The translations under genes were made by a program, and so were the position numbers. From the NCBI RefSeq assembly GCF_009914755.1, contig NC_060938.1: a DNA stretch of 64,000 nt. The stretch is one strand, 5' to 3'. The first letter of the stretch is position 1, and every line of letters starts with the position of its first letter. This DNA comes from the human T2T-CHM13v2.0 reference genome, Homo sapiens. Of the stretch, positions 61,713 through 64,000 are shown piece by piece. The notes beneath the pieces are model-generated. The model was given only the letters and a program-made list of their open reading frames with translations, searched no databases and was not told where the DNA came from.

Positions 61713-62149
61713 CTGGCAAGGTAAGAAGAAAAAGAAAAATAAACCTAGGTGAATATAAAACTGGCCTAAAAAATTAATTTTGCAGAAGGTAGTTAATGTA
61801 TCATGGTATTTGATCGAGTTTTCTATAATTAAACTTCACATGGACTAACAGACCTCCAAGCTAAGAATAAATACACTCAATTTATGACATTTAAAAAAAA
61901 CACGAGAATTAAACTTTTTATTTTATTTGAAGAATACCTGAGAGTAAAAAGTGTGTGCTTCGTCAGGATACAATGATATAAACCACACCGGCGTGCACAT
62001 GCACACGCACACACACTTGCACACTCGCAAAGAATTTTAGAGGCAGAAATCTTAAGGGCTCCTTTTTATGGAATCCTCTTTATTACAACTTCTAGTCTAT
62101 TGAAAGTAGACCTGGAGTTTGTGTTTACTGTTCTTTTACTATCTCCTAC

Positions 62150-62996
62150 TCCTCGTCTGAGCTATAGATGCCTATATCCAACTGTCTGTGTGAAATCTTC
62201 TCTCCTTATCTCTACTCTCTGATGCCTGCTCATTCCTTACTCTTCTCCAACTTGAAAAATGATATACCCGTCTGCCCAGTTTCTCAAACCGTGGTTCCTC
62301 TCTTCCTTTGTCCTGTCTGATCCATCCATTCAGTTTAAGAGCGAGCTCTAATGACTCTCCCTATCAATTTCACCTGAGTCCTGATTCACACCATCCCCAT
62401 TACTCTCATCAGCCCCCAAGTCACCATTGTCTCCCTTTCTGTTTTCTTCTTGCTCCCTTACGATCCTTTCTCCACACCACAACCACAGTTACCTTTCGGA
62501 AAAGTCAATCAAATTACGTCATTCTCCTGCATGACTCCCTCATCCTGCCCTTAATGGTCGCCCAGTGAACTCAGAATAAAATCCACACATCTGACTGTGG
62601 CTGCACCCTCTCACTCACTCGCTCAGTAGCCCGTATCTCTAGGAGACCATGGCCCTTTCTTCTCTGGAGCTTTTGTACTTTTTGCCCCTACTATCAGGAA
62701 GATGCTTCCCATCCAATTTCAACTCAGCTGCTGCTTCTTGCCATTCAGGTTTCAGCTGTAACCTCCTCAGGGAGGCAGATCCTGATCACCAATCTAAAGG
62801 AGTGCTCCTGTTCCTGGTACCTTCTATCATTTCACCTTTATAGCACCAATCACCATTTTAAATGATTTGTTTACTTGCTCGCTACTTGTTTCTCCATGAC
62901 ATCACCTTGCCTGTCCTGTTCACTGCTGTATACTCCAGAACTGAACACTGGACATGGTACACAGCCTCCTAGTAAATACTGGTTGAACAACTGAAT
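62150..62996 (+). mobile_element. L2 3' region, degraded (intronic)
   Basis: cctatatccaactg…ctcagaataaaatcca…tgttcactgctgtatactccag…agtaaatactggttgaa. Confidence 0.75.
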
Positions 62997-64000
62997 ATAG
63001 GTGAGGGATTTTAAGATGACAGCCAACTGGGGATTTTCTAGCTGGTTTCTGGAGCGCCTCTAGAGAGTACCTTGTCAACTTGCAAAAATCAGAATTCAAT
63101 TATTTAAAAATATCCGGCGTTTAACCGATCAGTAAAAAATACCTGAACCACTGTCACATAAAATAAATCTGTAATCACATAAAATAAACCTGTAAAATGA
63201 GAGAGACAGAGAGACTGCACTTTCATAGAATTAAATCCTTTAATGGACAAGAAACAATTTTATTGCCTTTATCAGTGTCCTAGTGTTTTCATTGCCATTA
63301 ATCTTTGGCATTTTACTCTATAAGGCTGAGGACAGGTTACATATGAAGCATCTTTTCACAGTTAGCCGGGTAGACCTTGAAGTATAACACAGAAGTGAAA
63401 ATAGTGTGCTATTCTTGCTGTGGATAAATTATTTTTCACCCCACGGACTTAAACTACCATTAGAGGCACCTCAAAACACAAAGTGAGAATACTAACTTTT
63501 CTTTTTATAGCAATGTAAACTGAGGTAAGAAAGTGAAATAGTATTTTTAAGCATCTTTCATTAATCTGCTTTTCTAAGAATATCAAATTATCTGTAAGAT
63601 TCACTTTCAACTCCTATACTAATCCTTAGATAACATATTTTCCCCATGAAGAATAACAATTCCTTCCTTTTGGGCTTATTTATTTTAACAAACATTATGT
63701 TTTCAAACAGTTTTAGATTTACAGGAAATTTACAATCTGCATTTATTTTTAAAATCTGGTTTGGAGACACCAACTCCACAAAGATGAAACATTTTAGTCT
63801 TAAAAAACTAGAGATTTCTAGAAGTCATCAGATTACTATGGACCTCAGTGAAATCTGGTCTGGTCCCAGTCCTGGGATGTGATGGCTGTATCCTGGAGTT
63901 GTGTTCCTTTAGTCTAAAAGGAGCTATACATAGTGACTAGTGGTCAGTTGCCACTTTTGAAAAGCAAAAATGACAGTTTCAAAAGCTGACATTATGAGTC

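Overview
Primate (probably human or great ape) genomic DNA: AT-rich, CpG-depleted and dominated by transposons, with no CpG island, RNA gene or CRISPR array. The only convincing host coding sequence is a minus-strand terminal exon at 61609-61712 (…FTKRTVAPDSASNKEDATMNGTSSQPKKEEYGS*), recognised from memory as the CEP128 C-terminus, followed by a ~1 kb 3' UTR. Three structures stand out. (1) A 5'-truncated L1PA (48402-53276) has its target-site duplication only after two further unique segments that each end in their own poly(A) tail (53277-53418 and 53419-54053), which indicates an apparently serial two-step 3' transduction. (2) A four-tier nest at 26.1-37.5 kb: an MLT1 LTR holds a THE1D/MST element, which holds a near full-length HML-5 (HERV-K22, tRNA-Met PBS) provirus, which holds an L1PA 3' end in pol and an antisense LTR12F in its 3' LTR. 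(3) A CCAAT/TATA/Inr/splice-donor promoter on the minus strand in unique DNA at ~20.7-20.85 kb. Repeat subfamily names and the gene identity come from recalled consensus sequences, not from a search, and boundaries without a TSD are approximate.
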